Shown: positions 31,968-42,294 of the stretch, piece by piece | Position numbering within the stretch: the stretch's first letter is position 1 | How the letters are laid out: each line of letters opens with the position of its first letter | From: an uncultured Gammaproteobacteria bacterium | GTDB lineage: Bacteria; Pseudomonadota; Gammaproteobacteria; JACCXJ01 | Length of the DNA stretch: 64,000 nucleotides | Direction of reading: 5' to 3' | Assembly (NCBI GenBank): GCA_963764725.1 | Contig: CAVXTM010000012.1 | Location: forward strand, 96,001 to 160,000 | The notes under the pieces: model-generated | What the model was told of the DNA's origin: nothing | Databases searched by the model: none | What the model saw: the letters and a program-made list of their open reading frames with translations, nothing else | Position numbers and translations under genes: made by a program

Positions 31968-34154
31968 TTCCGCTGCCCGATGCGATCATTGAGGAGATCA
32001 AGCGCGTCGCCGATCGCATCGAGATCCGTTTCGAAGAGGCCAAACCTGCGGAACTTCCGGCCGCCGCGCTCGCCGAAAGCCCGATCTACCGGGGCGGCGA
32101 ACAGCTTCAGCCCTGGCAGCGGTCGTTCGTGACGATGTTCCTGCTACACCGCGAGACCTATGGCAAGGCACGCCTGCTGCTGGCGGATGAGGTGGGGGTT
32201 GGCAAGACGCTGTCATTGGCCGCTAGTGCCATGCTGTCGGCGCTACTGGACGATGGTCCAGTGCTGATCCTCTGTCCCTCCACTCTCACCTTGCAGTGGC
32301 AAGTGGAGCTTGCGGACAAGCTCGGTATCCCCAGTGCGGTCTGGTTATCAGCAAAAAAGGTGTGGATTGACCCGAGGGGACACATCATCAAGACCCGTGG
32401 GCCTGAAGACATCACCCGCTGCCCGTTCCGCATCGCCATCGTATCCACCGGCTTGATTTTCCACGACTCCGAGGAAAGACAGCACTTGCTGGCGCCCAAG
32501 TTCGGGACCATCGTCCTTGACGAGGCTCACAAGGCGCGGCGTCGCGGCGGTCTCGGCGAGAAGAAGGACGAGCCCAACAATCTACTTGATTTTATGCTGC
32601 GCATCGGCTCACGTACCCGGAACCTTCTCCTCGGCACGGCAACGCCCATTCAGATCGAGGTCTACGAGCTGTGGGATCTCTTGCGTATCCTCAACGCCGG
32701 CACGGACTTCGTGCTAGGGCGGGAGTTGTTTGACCGGTGGGCCGACTGGGAGAGGGCCCTGCCGCTGGTGAAGGGTAACGAGACACCCGCCGATGAGCGC
32801 GATGCTTGGGAGTGGTTGCGAAATCCATTGCCACCGGCAAGCGAAGATACGCTGTTCGCCACTTTGCGCCTGCAGCTCGGGCTGCCCGACCAAGTCTTTT
32901 TCACCAACCGGGGCTTCGGTTCGCTGGGATTCCTCGAACAGCAGGCGGTCGGTCAAACTCTAGCGCCTGGTTTTCATCGCGAGCACAACCCTATTGTCCG
33001 CCATACCGTCCTCCGCCGGCGGCAGACGCTCGAAGAGGCGGGTCTGCTCGAAAAGGTCGGTGTCAACATTCACCCGGACCCAGACGCACCCGCGACTGCC
33101 TATCCTGGAGTCGGGTTCAGTGGCTTGGGTTTGCTCACCAATCACCCCTTTGATCTCGCCTACGGGGCGGCTGAGGCGTTCACGGCCGCGCTCAAGCAGC
33201 GCAGCAAGGCAGCGGGTTTCATGAAGAGCCTGCTCCTCCAGCGCATCTGTTCGAGCTTTGCTTCCGGCCGCGCCACAGCGGAGAAGATGCTGCACCGGGA
33301 AAACCTAGATGACGAGGAGCAGACGAGTCTGGTGGATGATGCTCTTGCTGCGCTCGCGCCGGGTGAGGCCGGACACCTTCGCACCATTGTCGAGGAGTTG
33401 TCTCGGCCCGAAGCTCGCGACCCAAAACTGGCTGCGGTCCGCTACTTCCTGACCGAGCATCGGACTGAGGGCAGGACCTGGTTAGAGCACGGTTGCATCA
33501 TCTTCAGCCAGTACTATGACACCGCCTATTTTGTCGGCGCTGAACTCGCGAAAATGCTCCCTGACGAGCCAGTCGGTGTCTATGCAGGCGCAGGCAAGAG
33601 CGGACTATTTCGCGGCGAAGACTTCGCGTCCGTCGAACGTGAGGAAATCAAGACGGCTGTGAAGAAGCGACAAGTCCGACTGGTGATCGCCACCGATGCC
33701 GCCTGCGAGGGCTTGAACTTGCAGACCCTCGGGACGCTTATCAACATCGACCTGCCCTGGAACCCGTCACGACTCGAACAGCGGCTAGGGCGCATCAAGC
33801 GGTTCGGTCAAGCGCGGCGGACCGTGGACATGCTAAATCTCGTCTATCACGACACCCAAGATGAGGAAGTCTACCGGGTCTTGTCCCGCCGGATGAAGGA
33901 TCGCTTCGACATCTTCGGCGGGCTACCAGACACCATCGAGGACGACTGGATCGATACCGTGGAGCGTCTTGAAGAAATGATGGACGAGTATATTCATCTG
34001 CGACAGCAAGCGCGCGACGTGTTCGAGATGCGTTACCAAGAGACCATCGATCCAGACAAGGATCGATGGGAGTTGTGTTCCAAAGTTCTATCGAGAAAAG
34101 ATGTAGTAGATCGGCTCTCGGTGCCATGGTGACAATAAGGACCTTCCGCACCGA

Positions 34155-34511
34155 ATGAGTTACATGATGCCAGGCTGGCTACCGACATCCAACACGTGTT
34201 TACTTTTCGCGGGCGTCCCATCGAACGTATCAACAACACGGGTGGAAAGAGGCACGGCTACGTGCGGCCTTCCCGATGTCCGCGTTCACGATTTGAAGCA
34301 CACGTTCGGGCGACGGTTACGTTCAGCGGGGGTGAGCTTCGAAGATCGACAAGATTTGTTGGAGTACAAACCGGTACGAATCACGACACATTTATTCGGC
34401 CGCAGAGCTATCGAATCTCATCGAAGCCGCCAGCGCGATTTGCGAGACCGAGTCCCGCAAAAGTCCCGCATTGGTTTTTCTGCGAGGCCGAATATGCGCG
34501 TAAGTGATTGA
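34155..34511 (+). pseudogene. phage-type tyrosine integrase C-terminal relic
   Basis: HVFTFRG, VRVHDLKHTFGRRLRSAGVSFEDRQDLL, ITTH; frameshifted; abuts the tRNA 3' end. Confidence 0.8.
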
Positions 34512-34519
34512 TTATATGA

Positions 34520-34593
<74 letters not shown>

Positions 34594-34607
34594 GCAGCCA
34601 TCGACCG

Positions 34608-36470
34608 TTAATCGAGGAAGGTACGCAGTTGTTCCGAACGGGAAGGATGGCGCAGTTTCCGCAACGCTTTGGCTTCAATTTGTCTAATCCGTTCCCGTGT
34701 GACGTCAAATTGCTTACCTACTTCTTCTAAGGTGTGATCGGTGTTCATGTCGATTCCGAAGCGCATCTGTAATACCTTGGTTTCACGCGGAGTTAATCCT
34801 GCCAATACTTCCCGCGTCGTCCGGCACAGACCCTCGAAGGTAGCGAGGTCCACCGGCATCAGTGTGTTTTGGTCTTCAATGAAATCCCCTAAATGCGAGT
34901 CTTCGTCGTCACCGATGGGGGTTTCCATAGAGATCGGCTCCTTCGCGATTTTTAATACCTTGCGGATCTTTTCCTCGGGCATTTCCATGCGCTTGGCGAG
35001 CTCTTCGGGCGTCGGCTCCCGGCCCATTTCCTGGACAATTTGGCGCGAGATGCGGTTGAGCTTGTTGATCGTTTCAATCATATGCACGGGAATTCGAATC
35101 GTTCTGGCCTGGTCGGCGATCGAGCGAGTGATCGCTTGCCGTATCCACCAGGTGGCGTAGGTGGAAAATTTGTAACCCCGGCGGTATTCGAATTTATCCA
35201 CCGCCTTCATCAGGCCGATATTTCCTTCCTGAATCAGATCCAGGAACAATAGCCCGCGGTTGGTGTACTTCTTCGCAATCGAGATGACCAGCCGCAGGTT
35301 TGCCTCAACCATCTCCTTCTTTGCACGTCGTGCTTTCGCCTCCCCAATCGACATACGGCGGTTAATGTCTTTAATTTCAACAATCGTCAGTACTGTGTTC
35401 CTTTCGATCGCAGCGAGCTTCTTTTGCGCCTGGACGATTTCATCACCGTGCGCCCTGATGGCGGCTGCCCACGGCTTACGCGAACGCCCTAAGGACTTCG
35501 TCCATTGGAGATTGGTCTCATTGTTCTGCAACGAGCTGATTGCGTCTTTGCGTGGCATATTCGCACGCTGCGTGCAAATCTCCATGATTTCCCGTTCCAG
35601 CACGCGGATATTCTCGACGATTTGCCGAACTTCGCTCGTGAGCTTATCGACAAGCTTGGGTACAAACCGAAACTCGAGGATGTACACGCAAAGTCCGTCT
35701 CGCAGTCTTTTGGTCTTGGGATCATTGCGCCCGTTTCTCTTTACCGCGCTGAGGATCTTATGGTGCATTTTTTTAAGGGCGACAAACCTCTCTTTGACCT
35801 CCTCGGGATTCAAAGCGAAACTCAATGGGTCCGCCTCGTCGTCTTGCTCTCGTTCCTCGGCCTCCTCATCCTCGTCTTTTAGGGGGCGAACGTTCGCCGA
35901 TGCGATCGGTGGCTTCAATTCGCCCGCCTTTAGCTCCTCTCCGGAAGAGAAACCGTTGAGCACGTCGCTTAGTTTCGACTCGCCGGCCTCTACCTGGCCG
36001 TATTCAGTCAGTAGTTTTTCGACGATGTAAGGGAAGTCAGCGAGCGCCGAGAGTGCTTGATTGAGCCCTTCTTCGATGCGCTTTGCGATCGCGATCTCAC
36101 CCTCGCGCGTGAGCAGATCAACCGTGCCCATCTCGCGCATGTACATGCGAACCGGATCGGTGGTGCGGCCAAACTCGTCGTCAACAGGTACAAAGGCGGC
36201 CGCGGCATCTTCCGCGACATCCTCATCGGCGGCGATCGCTGTATCAGCTAACAGCAGGGATTCGATATCGGGCGCCGTTTCATGGACCTCGATTCCCATG
36301 TCCGTGATCATGCCGATGATGTCCTCGATTTGCTCGGGATCGACGATGCCCTCCGGGAGGTGGTCATTGACCTCATGATAGGTCAGAAAACCTTGCTCCT
36401 TCCCTTTTGCGATGAGTTGTTTAATCTGCGAGCGTTCGTCGCCGGAGTCGATATCTTCGGGAGTATCCAT
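34608..36470 (-). CDS. rpoD: RNA polymerase sigma-70 factor RpoD
   Basis: Region 1.1; [43 protein letters not shown]. Confidence 0.99.
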   Translation of the reverse strand: MDTPEDIDSGDERSQIKQLIAKGKEQGFLTYHEVNDHLPEGIVDPEQIEDIIGMITDMGIEVHETAPDIESLLLADTAIAADEDVAEDAAAAFVPVDDEFGRTTDPVRMYMREMGTVDLLTREGEIAIAKRIEEGLNQALSALADFPYIVEKLLTEYGQVEAGESKLSDVLNGFSSGEELKAGELKPPIASANVRPLKDEDEEAEEREQDDEADPLSFALNPEEVKERFVALKKMHHKILSAVKRNGRNDPKTKRLRDGLCVYILEFRFVPKLVDKLTSEVRQIVENIRVLEREIMEICTQRANMPRKDAISSLQNNETNLQWTKSLGRSRKPWAAAIRAHGDEIVQAQKKLAAIERNTVLTIVEIKDINRRMSIGEAKARRAKKEMVEANLRLVISIAKKYTNRGLLFLDLIQEGNIGLMKAVDKFEYRRGYKFSTYATWWIRQAITRSIADQARTIRIPVHMIETINKLNRISRQIVQEMGREPTPEELAKRMEMPEEKIRKVLKIAKEPISMETPIGDDEDSHLGDFIEDQNTLMPVDLATFEGLCRTTREVLAGLTPRETKVLQMRFGIDMNTDHTLEEVGKQFDVTRERIRQIEAKALRKLRHPSRSEQLRTFLD

Positions 36471-36589
36471 AGTTAAAGTGTAAACTGCTCAATGCGTTAA
36501 AAGATCAATTGAAAGTATAGTAAAGCAATCTGCCAGATCGCTATGATTCAGAATTACCGTTAATTCGGCGCAAAAATGCTAACTTTATC

Positions 36590-38347
36590 CTATTCGTTAA
36601 TGGTATCGCTAGCGCTTGCGGCTGGTTTGCTGTTACTGGCGAGTGCTGCCCGCAGTTCCGCTTTTGCTCGCTGCGTAAGCGCGCCCGGATTGCATGTCAG
36701 CAACCGAGCCCGCCGTTGCTTGTTGGCGAGAGCCTGTAAGCGCTCCATGGCCCCCGCGAATTCCGCTTCCAAAGCCTCATTTGATACCAGCGGGTCCTCG
36801 GCCGCCAGCCGATTCAAAAAACTGCTTTCCTCGGCGCCGCGCCACCGCTCAAGAAGGGCGCCGCAATGGATCCCGGGATGATCTTGGATTAAACGAACCA
36901 ACTCCAAAAATATCCCGATGTGGGGAAGTCCCACCGGCTTGAGATCCTGGGTCAGATCGACCCGCATGGCTAATTCCGGCCGCCGCAGCATGATTGCAAT
37001 CGCAGATTGAATAATGGATGGTGCTGGGCGGCGAGTGGGGACGACGACTTTCTCGGCCGGACGCGCCGTTCGCGCCAGAGCCGCTAATTCGTCCGCATCC
37101 AGCGTTGAAAGTTCCCCTAAGCGGCGTCGCAAAAGCTGTTGTAATGCGCCGGGCGGCAGAAGGTTTATGTATGGGTTTCCCAGCGCGACCAGCCGGGCGC
37201 TACCTTCGGGCGTATTCAGGTTGGCCCTTTTTAATAGGCTTGCGAAGAGGAACTCCGAGAGCGCTGTCACCTTGTCCGTGGTTTCGAATAGCGTGGCGCC
37301 CGCCTTACGCACCCAGCTGTCGGGATCTTCGCCCGCCGGCAAAAATAGAAAGCCCAGCGTTCGCCCATCCTTCATCTGCGGCAGGATCACGTTAAGCGAG
37401 CGCCAAGCGGCGCGCTCGCCGGCCTCATCGCCATCGAAGCACAGGATGACCTCGGGAACCGCACGAAACAAGCGGGTGACGTGATCGCGGGTGAGTGCCG
37501 TGCCGAGGGTCGCGACCGCATGGTTGATCCCGAACTGTGCCAGGGCGATCACGTCCATATAACCTTCGACGACCAGAAGGCGCGGCGGATCCGCGCCGAC
37601 TTTTAAGGCCCGGTGCAATCCGTAGAGCTCGGCCCCTTTGTGGAAAACCGGAGTCTCGGGCGAGTTGAGGTACTTGGGCTCGCCGCCGTCCAGGCCACGT
37701 CCACCAAACCCGACGATCCTGCCCCGCGTGTCTCGGATCGGGAACATGATCCGGTCCCGAAAACGGTCGTAATAGCGGCCGTCCGGTTTCGCGATCACAA
37801 GCCCCGCCAGGCTAAGCGTACGCAGGGCTTGCGGGGAAGTCCCCAAGGCCCGCTGCAGCCCATCCCAATCCGGTGGGGCATAACCCAGATCGAAATCGGC
37901 GGCGACACGGCCGGTTAAACCCCGCTGCTTGAGGTAGGCGACGGCCCGGTTTGCGGCGGGCCGTTGGCGCAACTGCGCCGCGTAGTGCTTGGAGGCCTGC
38001 GCCAAGATATCGTACAGGTCAGCGCTTGGGGCTGGGGGCGTGCCAGGATCGGTGCTGAGCGGCATGCCGGCGCGATCGGCCAGCTCAGCTACCGCCTCGA
38101 CGAAGCTCAGGCGCAGATAATTGATTAAAAAGTTGATGGCGGAGCCACCTGCGCCGCACCCGAAACAGTAATAAAACTGTTTCTCGCGGTTGACGCTGAA
38201 CGACGGGGTTTTCTCGTTGTGGAAAGGGCAAAGCGCTACATAATTGCGTCCGACCTTGCGCAAGTTAAGGAATTCTTCGATCACCTCGACGACGTCCGTC
38301 TTGGACAACAGTTCATCGATGACCGGCTGTGAAATGCGGCGGGTCAT
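36590..38347 (-). CDS. dnaG: DNA primase
   Basis: CPFHNEKTPSF zinc finger, KYLNSPET, VEGYMDV, DPD TOPRIM. Confidence 0.99.
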   Translation of the reverse strand: MTRRISQPVIDELLSKTDVVEVIEEFLNLRKVGRNYVALCPFHNEKTPSFSVNREKQFYYCFGCGAGGSAINFLINYLRLSFVEAVAELADRAGMPLSTDPGTPPAPSADLYDILAQASKHYAAQLRQRPAANRAVAYLKQRGLTGRVAADFDLGYAPPDWDGLQRALGTSPQALRTLSLAGLVIAKPDGRYYDRFRDRIMFPIRDTRGRIVGFGGRGLDGGEPKYLNSPETPVFHKGAELYGLHRALKVGADPPRLLVVEGYMDVIALAQFGINHAVATLGTALTRDHVTRLFRAVPEVILCFDGDEAGERAAWRSLNVILPQMKDGRTLGFLFLPAGEDPDSWVRKAGATLFETTDKVTALSEFLFASLLKRANLNTPEGSARLVALGNPYINLLPPGALQQLLRRRLGELSTLDADELAALARTARPAEKVVVPTRRPAPSIIQSAIAIMLRRPELAMRVDLTQDLKPVGLPHIGIFLELVRLIQDHPGIHCGALLERWRGAEESSFLNRLAAEDPLVSNEALEAEFAGAMERLQALANKQRRARLLTCNPGALTQRAKAELRAALASNSKPAASASDTINE

Positions 38348-38428
38348 GCCTAAGCCTTACTCTTTCGAGTATAGACGCGGCAAGCCACAATGCCAGTCTG
38401 TCGCGGTACCGGATCGGGCCGCTCGGAT

Positions 38429-38516
38429 TCAGCCGCCCAGGCGGTGCTTAAGCGCCTGGCTAACCTGTGCCATGTCCGCGGCGGCCCTGGACGCGCTCCT
38501 TAAGCGTGAGCGGCAT
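38429..38516 (-). pseudogene. yqeY: GatB/YqeY protein reduced to fused N- and C-termini
   Basis: [10 protein letters not shown] joined to (G)RADMAQVSQALKHRLGG* at the canonical rpsU-yqeY-dnaG position. Confidence 0.7.
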
Positions 38517-38784
38517 CCGCGTAGGAGCCTCGATGGAAACGCCGGACGACGGGCTTGCCCCGCTGCCCGAATGCGGAGGGTGTGAGGCGGGCTTGGGTAC
38601 GGGCGAGTTTCTTTTGCCAGCGCTTGACGGCCGCGGCTGCCTTACGCTTCCGCACCTGGGTCGGTTTCTCGTAAAATTCGCGCCGGTGCACCTCGGCCAG
38701 GACACCCGCCTTTTCGCAGGCGCGCTTGAAGCGCCGCAAGGCGATGTCGAAGGGTTCATTGTCTCTCACTCTTACTGACGGCAT
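38500..38784 (-). CDS. rpsU: 30S ribosomal protein S21, C-terminally extended
   Basis: [32 protein letters not shown]. Confidence 0.97.
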   Translation of the reverse strand: MPSVRVRDNEPFDIALRRFKRACEKAGVLAEVHRREFYEKPTQVRKRKAAAAVKRWQKKLARTQARLTPSAFGQRGKPVVRRFHRGSYADAAHA

Positions 38785-38887
38785 TGAGAATCGGATCCTT
38801 GTGAAGATTTAGTTTATTACAAAAACGGTATAGTGTAATCGACTCTGCTCCCTGGGCAAAGTCCGTACCGTCGTTAAAAAGCCGTCC

Positions 38888-39898
38888 ATGCGCGTGCTAG
38901 GAATAGAAACCTCGTGTGACGAGACCGGGATCGCGATCTACGATTCAGAGCGCGGGCTATTGGCGCATGTGTTGCGCACCCAGGCTCCCCTGCATGCCTA
39001 CTACGGGGGCGTGGTGCCTGAGCTGGCCTCGCGCGATCATGTTCGCCACATTACCCCGCTCATCCGGTCGGCACTCTGGAAGGCGGACTGTGAGGCGCGG
39101 GATCTTGGGGGTGCCAGCTATACCGCGGGGCCGGGCCTCATCGGCGCGCTTCTTGCCGGGGCCGCCGTGGCGCGCAGCCTGGCCTGGTCGCTCGGGATCC
39201 CATGCTTAGGGGTCCATCATATGGAAGGCCATCTGCTCGCTCCGATGTTGGAGCCCGCCCCGCCCGTACCGCCCTTGCTCGCGCTTCTCGTCTCCGGCGG
39301 GCACACCCAGCTCGTGGACGTGGCGCGGGTCGGGAGTTATCGGATCCTCGGCGAGTCCGTGGACGATGCCGCGGGCGAGGCCTTCGACAAAACGGCGAAG
39401 TTGCTCGGCCTCGGTTACCCAGGCGGTCCCGCACTCGAGCGTCTTGCCGAGCAGGGCGAAGCCGGCCGATTCGTGTTTCCACGTCCCATGACAAACCGGC
39501 CCGGCCTGAACTTTAGTTTCAGCGGTTTGAAGACGTTTACGCTCCAAACCCTGCGGACAACACGCGACGACCAAAAAACGCGTGCGGATATCGCGCGCGC
39601 TTTCACCGATGCGGTGGTTGACACCTTGGTGATCAAGTGCCGGCGTGCGCTCGAAGCGACCGGCTACCGGCGGCTTGTGGCAGCGGGCGGCGTGAGCGCC
39701 AACCGCGCTTTACGCACTCGCTTGCGCGAGCTTAGCGGCGACGGGATCCAGGTCTACTACCCGCGGCCCGAGTTCTGCACCGACAACGGCGCGATGATTG
39801 CCTATGCGGGATGGGTGCGCCTTCGCGCCGGCCACCGCGACGGCCTAGAGTTCCCGGTACGGCCGCGCTGGCCGCTGGCCGAGCTGCCTCCCGTTTAG
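38888..39898 (+). CDS. tsaD: tRNA N6-threonylcarbamoyltransferase TsaD
   Basis: [29 protein letters not shown]. Confidence 0.98.
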   Translation: MRVLGIETSCDETGIAIYDSERGLLAHVLRTQAPLHAYYGGVVPELASRDHVRHITPLIRSALWKADCEARDLGGASYTAGPGLIGALLAGAAVARSLAWSLGIPCLGVHHMEGHLLAPMLEPAPPVPPLLALLVSGGHTQLVDVARVGSYRILGESVDDAAGEAFDKTAKLLGLGYPGGPALERLAEQGEAGRFVFPRPMTNRPGLNFSFSGLKTFTLQTLRTTRDDQKTRADIARAFTDAVVDTLVIKCRRALEATGYRRLVAAGGVSANRALRTRLRELSGDGIQVYYPRPEFCTDNGAMIAYAGWVRLRAGHRDGLEFPVRPRWPLAELPPV

Positions 39899-39905
39899 AT
39901 CCGCG

Positions 39906-40517
39906 CTATTCCGCCCGTGCAGCCACCTCTTTGGCACCGATTTTCGCTTCGGTCCCCGCGAGCAACTTGCGCAGGTTTCCACGGTGCCGCCAGAAGATCA
40001 GCGCCACCATCAACACGACGACCGCGGCATGAATCCAGATGCGGTCAAGCAAAAAAACCATGAGCGGCGAGCACGCGGCGGCCCCCAAGGCGGCGAGCGA
40101 CGAATAGCGAAATAGGCCCGCTAAGGCCAACCATACCAGCATGAAGCCGATCCCGGCCGGCCAAGCGAAGCCATAGAGCACGCCGATGAAGGTCGCGACC
40201 CCCTTGCCTCCGTGGAAGCCAAAGAATACCGGGTAGAGATGGCCCACAAACGCCGCGAGGCCCATCAAGGCGAGACCCGGACCGGACACGCCCAGCACGC
40301 GCCCAATGACCAGCGGCAGCAAACCCTTGAGTAGATCCCCTGCCAAGGTAATGACCGCCGCCGGCTTGCCGGCAAGCCTCAAGACGTTGGTCGCGCCTGG
40401 GTTACCCGAGCCCTGCGCCCGCGGATCGGGGAATCCGCCCACCCGGCAGACGACGATGGCCGAGGAAATCGATCCCAAAAGATAACTGCAGCAAATCAGG
40501 GCGATCTCGAGCAGCAT
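39906..40517 (-). CDS. plsY: glycerol-3-phosphate acyltransferase PlsY
   Basis: GSGNPGATNVLR, GGKGVAT, RHRGNL. Confidence 0.97.
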   Translation of the reverse strand: MLLEIALICCSYLLGSISSAIVVCRVGGFPDPRAQGSGNPGATNVLRLAGKPAAVITLAGDLLKGLLPLVIGRVLGVSGPGLALMGLAAFVGHLYPVFFGFHGGKGVATFIGVLYGFAWPAGIGFMLVWLALAGLFRYSSLAALGAAACSPLMVFLLDRIWIHAAVVVLMVALIFWRHRGNLRKLLAGTEAKIGAKEVAARAE

Positions 40518-40647
40518 AGCGCTATTGGAGTCGCTTGGCCTTGACACGTCAAACAAGCATCGGGTTTAGTGTTCTATCATCGGACCGAAAAAGTAATGTG
40601 AAAACCGCACAGATGGCCGTGGCCAGGCGCATACCGTTGAACTGCGT

Positions 40648-41025
40648 ATGGATATCATTTATATAACCGATCTGCGCATCGAAGCCGTGATCGGGGTCTA
40701 TGCCTGGGAGCGGCAACTCAAGCAAGTAGTCATCTTCGACCTCGAGCTCGGCACCGATATCCGCAAAGCCGCGCTCACGGATTCGGTGGCCGACACGCTG
40801 AATTACAAGGATGTCGCCAAACGGGTGATGGCCTTCGTCACAGAGAGCCGCTACCAGTTGGTTGAGTCACTTGCCGAGGCCGTCGCCGAGCTCATCATCA
40901 AGGAGTTCGATATTCCCTGGCTCCGCTTACGGCTGAACAAGCAGGGTGCCGTGCGCGGTGTGCGCGACGTCGGCGTCATCATCGAACGCGGCCGCCGGGA
41001 GGAAGCGTGGCACGGGTCTATGTAA
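40648..41025 (+). CDS. folB: dihydroneopterin aldolase
   Basis: IGVYAWER, DTLNY, LVESLAE, VGVIIER. Confidence 0.96.
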   Translation: MDIIYITDLRIEAVIGVYAWERQLKQVVIFDLELGTDIRKAALTDSVADTLNYKDVAKRVMAFVTESRYQLVESLAEAVAELIIKEFDIPWLRLRLNKQGAVRGVRDVGVIIERGRREEAWHGSM

Positions 41026-41534
41026 GCATAGGCAGCAATGTGGAGCGCCGGGACAACATTCGCAGCGCTATCGCATCTCTGCGCAGCCAGTTCGGGGAAT
41101 TGATGCTGTCGCCCGTCTACGAGAGCGCCGCCATCGGCTTTCCCGGAGATCATTTCTATAATCTTGTCGTGGGCCTCAGTACCGATTTAGATCCGCACGG
41201 ACTGCGGACGCGCCTAGCCGCGATCGAGTCTCAGCATGGCCGCACACCCGGTACGCCGCGCTATGCGCCCCGGCCGCTCGACCTCGACATCTTGCTTTAT
41301 GACGATCTCGTGGTTCGAAACAATGGCTTGGACCTGCCGCGTAAGGACATCACCCGTTATGCCTTCGTGTTGCGGCCCTTGGCTGACATCGCCGGCGAGG
41401 TCATGCACCCGCTCGAGGGCCGACGGATCCGGGAGCTTTGGGCGCAGTTTGATAAGAGTGGACAAGCGCTTGTGCCGGTTCCCCATGAAGACATCTTGGG
41501 ACCGTCTGCAAGCGCTTCGGAGCCGCGCGTGTGA
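41007..41534 (+). CDS. folK: HPPK 2-amino-4-hydroxy-6-hydroxymethyldihydropteridine diphosphokinase
   Basis: VYVSIGSN, PRPLDLDILLY, AFVLRPL. Confidence 0.95.
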   Translation: MARVYVSIGSNVERRDNIRSAIASLRSQFGELMLSPVYESAAIGFPGDHFYNLVVGLSTDLDPHGLRTRLAAIESQHGRTPGTPRYAPRPLDLDILLYDDLVVRNNGLDLPRKDITRYAFVLRPLADIAGEVMHPLEGRRIRELWAQFDKSGQALVPVPHEDILGPSASASEPRV

Positions 41535-41580
41535 ACATCCTATGTCGGGGCGATTTCATTACCGAGGGCAGCGTTATGCA

Positions 41581-41691
41581 AAGTCAAAATATTTCGCCTG
41601 CGGGGCACGTACCCAGCAGGCGACCAAAGGGGAGAGTTGCACTACTCCCCTTCGGAAACCCCAATGCTAAAGTGCCCGCCGTAAACGGCGG
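41581..41691 (+). repeat. ~110-bp structured intergenic repeat, copy 1
   Basis: AGTCAA..TCGCCTGCGGGG..CCCAGCAGGCGA CCAAAGGGAGAG..CTCCCCTTCGG AAACCCCAATGCTAAAGTG CCCGCCGTAAACGGCGG. Confidence 0.85.
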
Positions 41692-41716
41692 AATATTAGC
41701 GAATAGAATACAAGCG

Positions 41717-42145
41717 TTGGCAAGAACCTTCGCGGGGCGTCATGCGGCAGCGCTCATCGCCGTCTTGCTGGCGGCCGCGTGCGCGGGGATGGAAACCCAC
41801 GAGCGCTTGGAAAACCTGGAGTTGAGTATCGCCACCTACGAAAACGCGCTGCGCTGGGGCGATTACGACGCGGCGGCGTTGTATCGTGTTTCTCCTACCG
41901 GCCCCTACCCGCCGATCAACACGGAACCCCTTCAAGCTATTCGGGTCGCCTCCTACGAGATCGTCAATCAGACCATGAACGCAACTGAGACCAAGGCCAT
42001 CGTGACGGTCCTGTTTCGTTATTATTACCAGGATGTAGGCCAGGTCGCCACGCTTCGCGATGTCCAGAAATGGTGGTATGACGCGGCCCCGAAGCGCTGG
42101 TTCCTGGATGGCGAATTGCCAGATTTTCAGCGTCACCACGAATAG
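41717..42145 (+). CDS. putative lipoprotein (start uncertain)
   Basis: Lipobox LAAAC; YENALRWGDY; flanked by the two repeats. Confidence 0.7.
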   Translation: MARTFAGRHAAALIAVLLAAACAGMETHERLENLELSIATYENALRWGDYDAAALYRVSPTGPYPPINTEPLQAIRVASYEIVNQTMNATETKAIVTVLFRYYYQDVGQVATLRDVQKWWYDAAPKRWFLDGELPDFQRHHE

Positions 42146-42149
42146 CTTG

Positions 42150-42260
42150 AGTCAATATATATCGCCTGCGGGGTATGTACCCGGCAGGCGACCAAAGGGA
42201 AGAGTTGCACTACTCCTCTTTGGAAATCCCAATGCTAAAGTGCCCGTCGCAAGCGGCTGG
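42150..42260 (+). repeat. ~110-bp structured intergenic repeat, copy 2
   Basis: Near-identical to 41581-41691, same orientation. Confidence 0.85.
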
Positions 42261-42294
42261 GTGTCAGTGAACAAAACCTCATGCGCCGATCTGA

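Larger units (their letters stand above)
30032..34132 (+). pseudogene. PLD-like nuclease / SNF2 helicase anti-phage protein interrupted by IS256
   Basis: VHGKAG and GSINET (PLD); LADEVGVGKT, DEAH, QRLGRIKR (SF2); removing the IS and one repeat rejoins DAFPLPDAII in frame. Confidence 0.9.
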
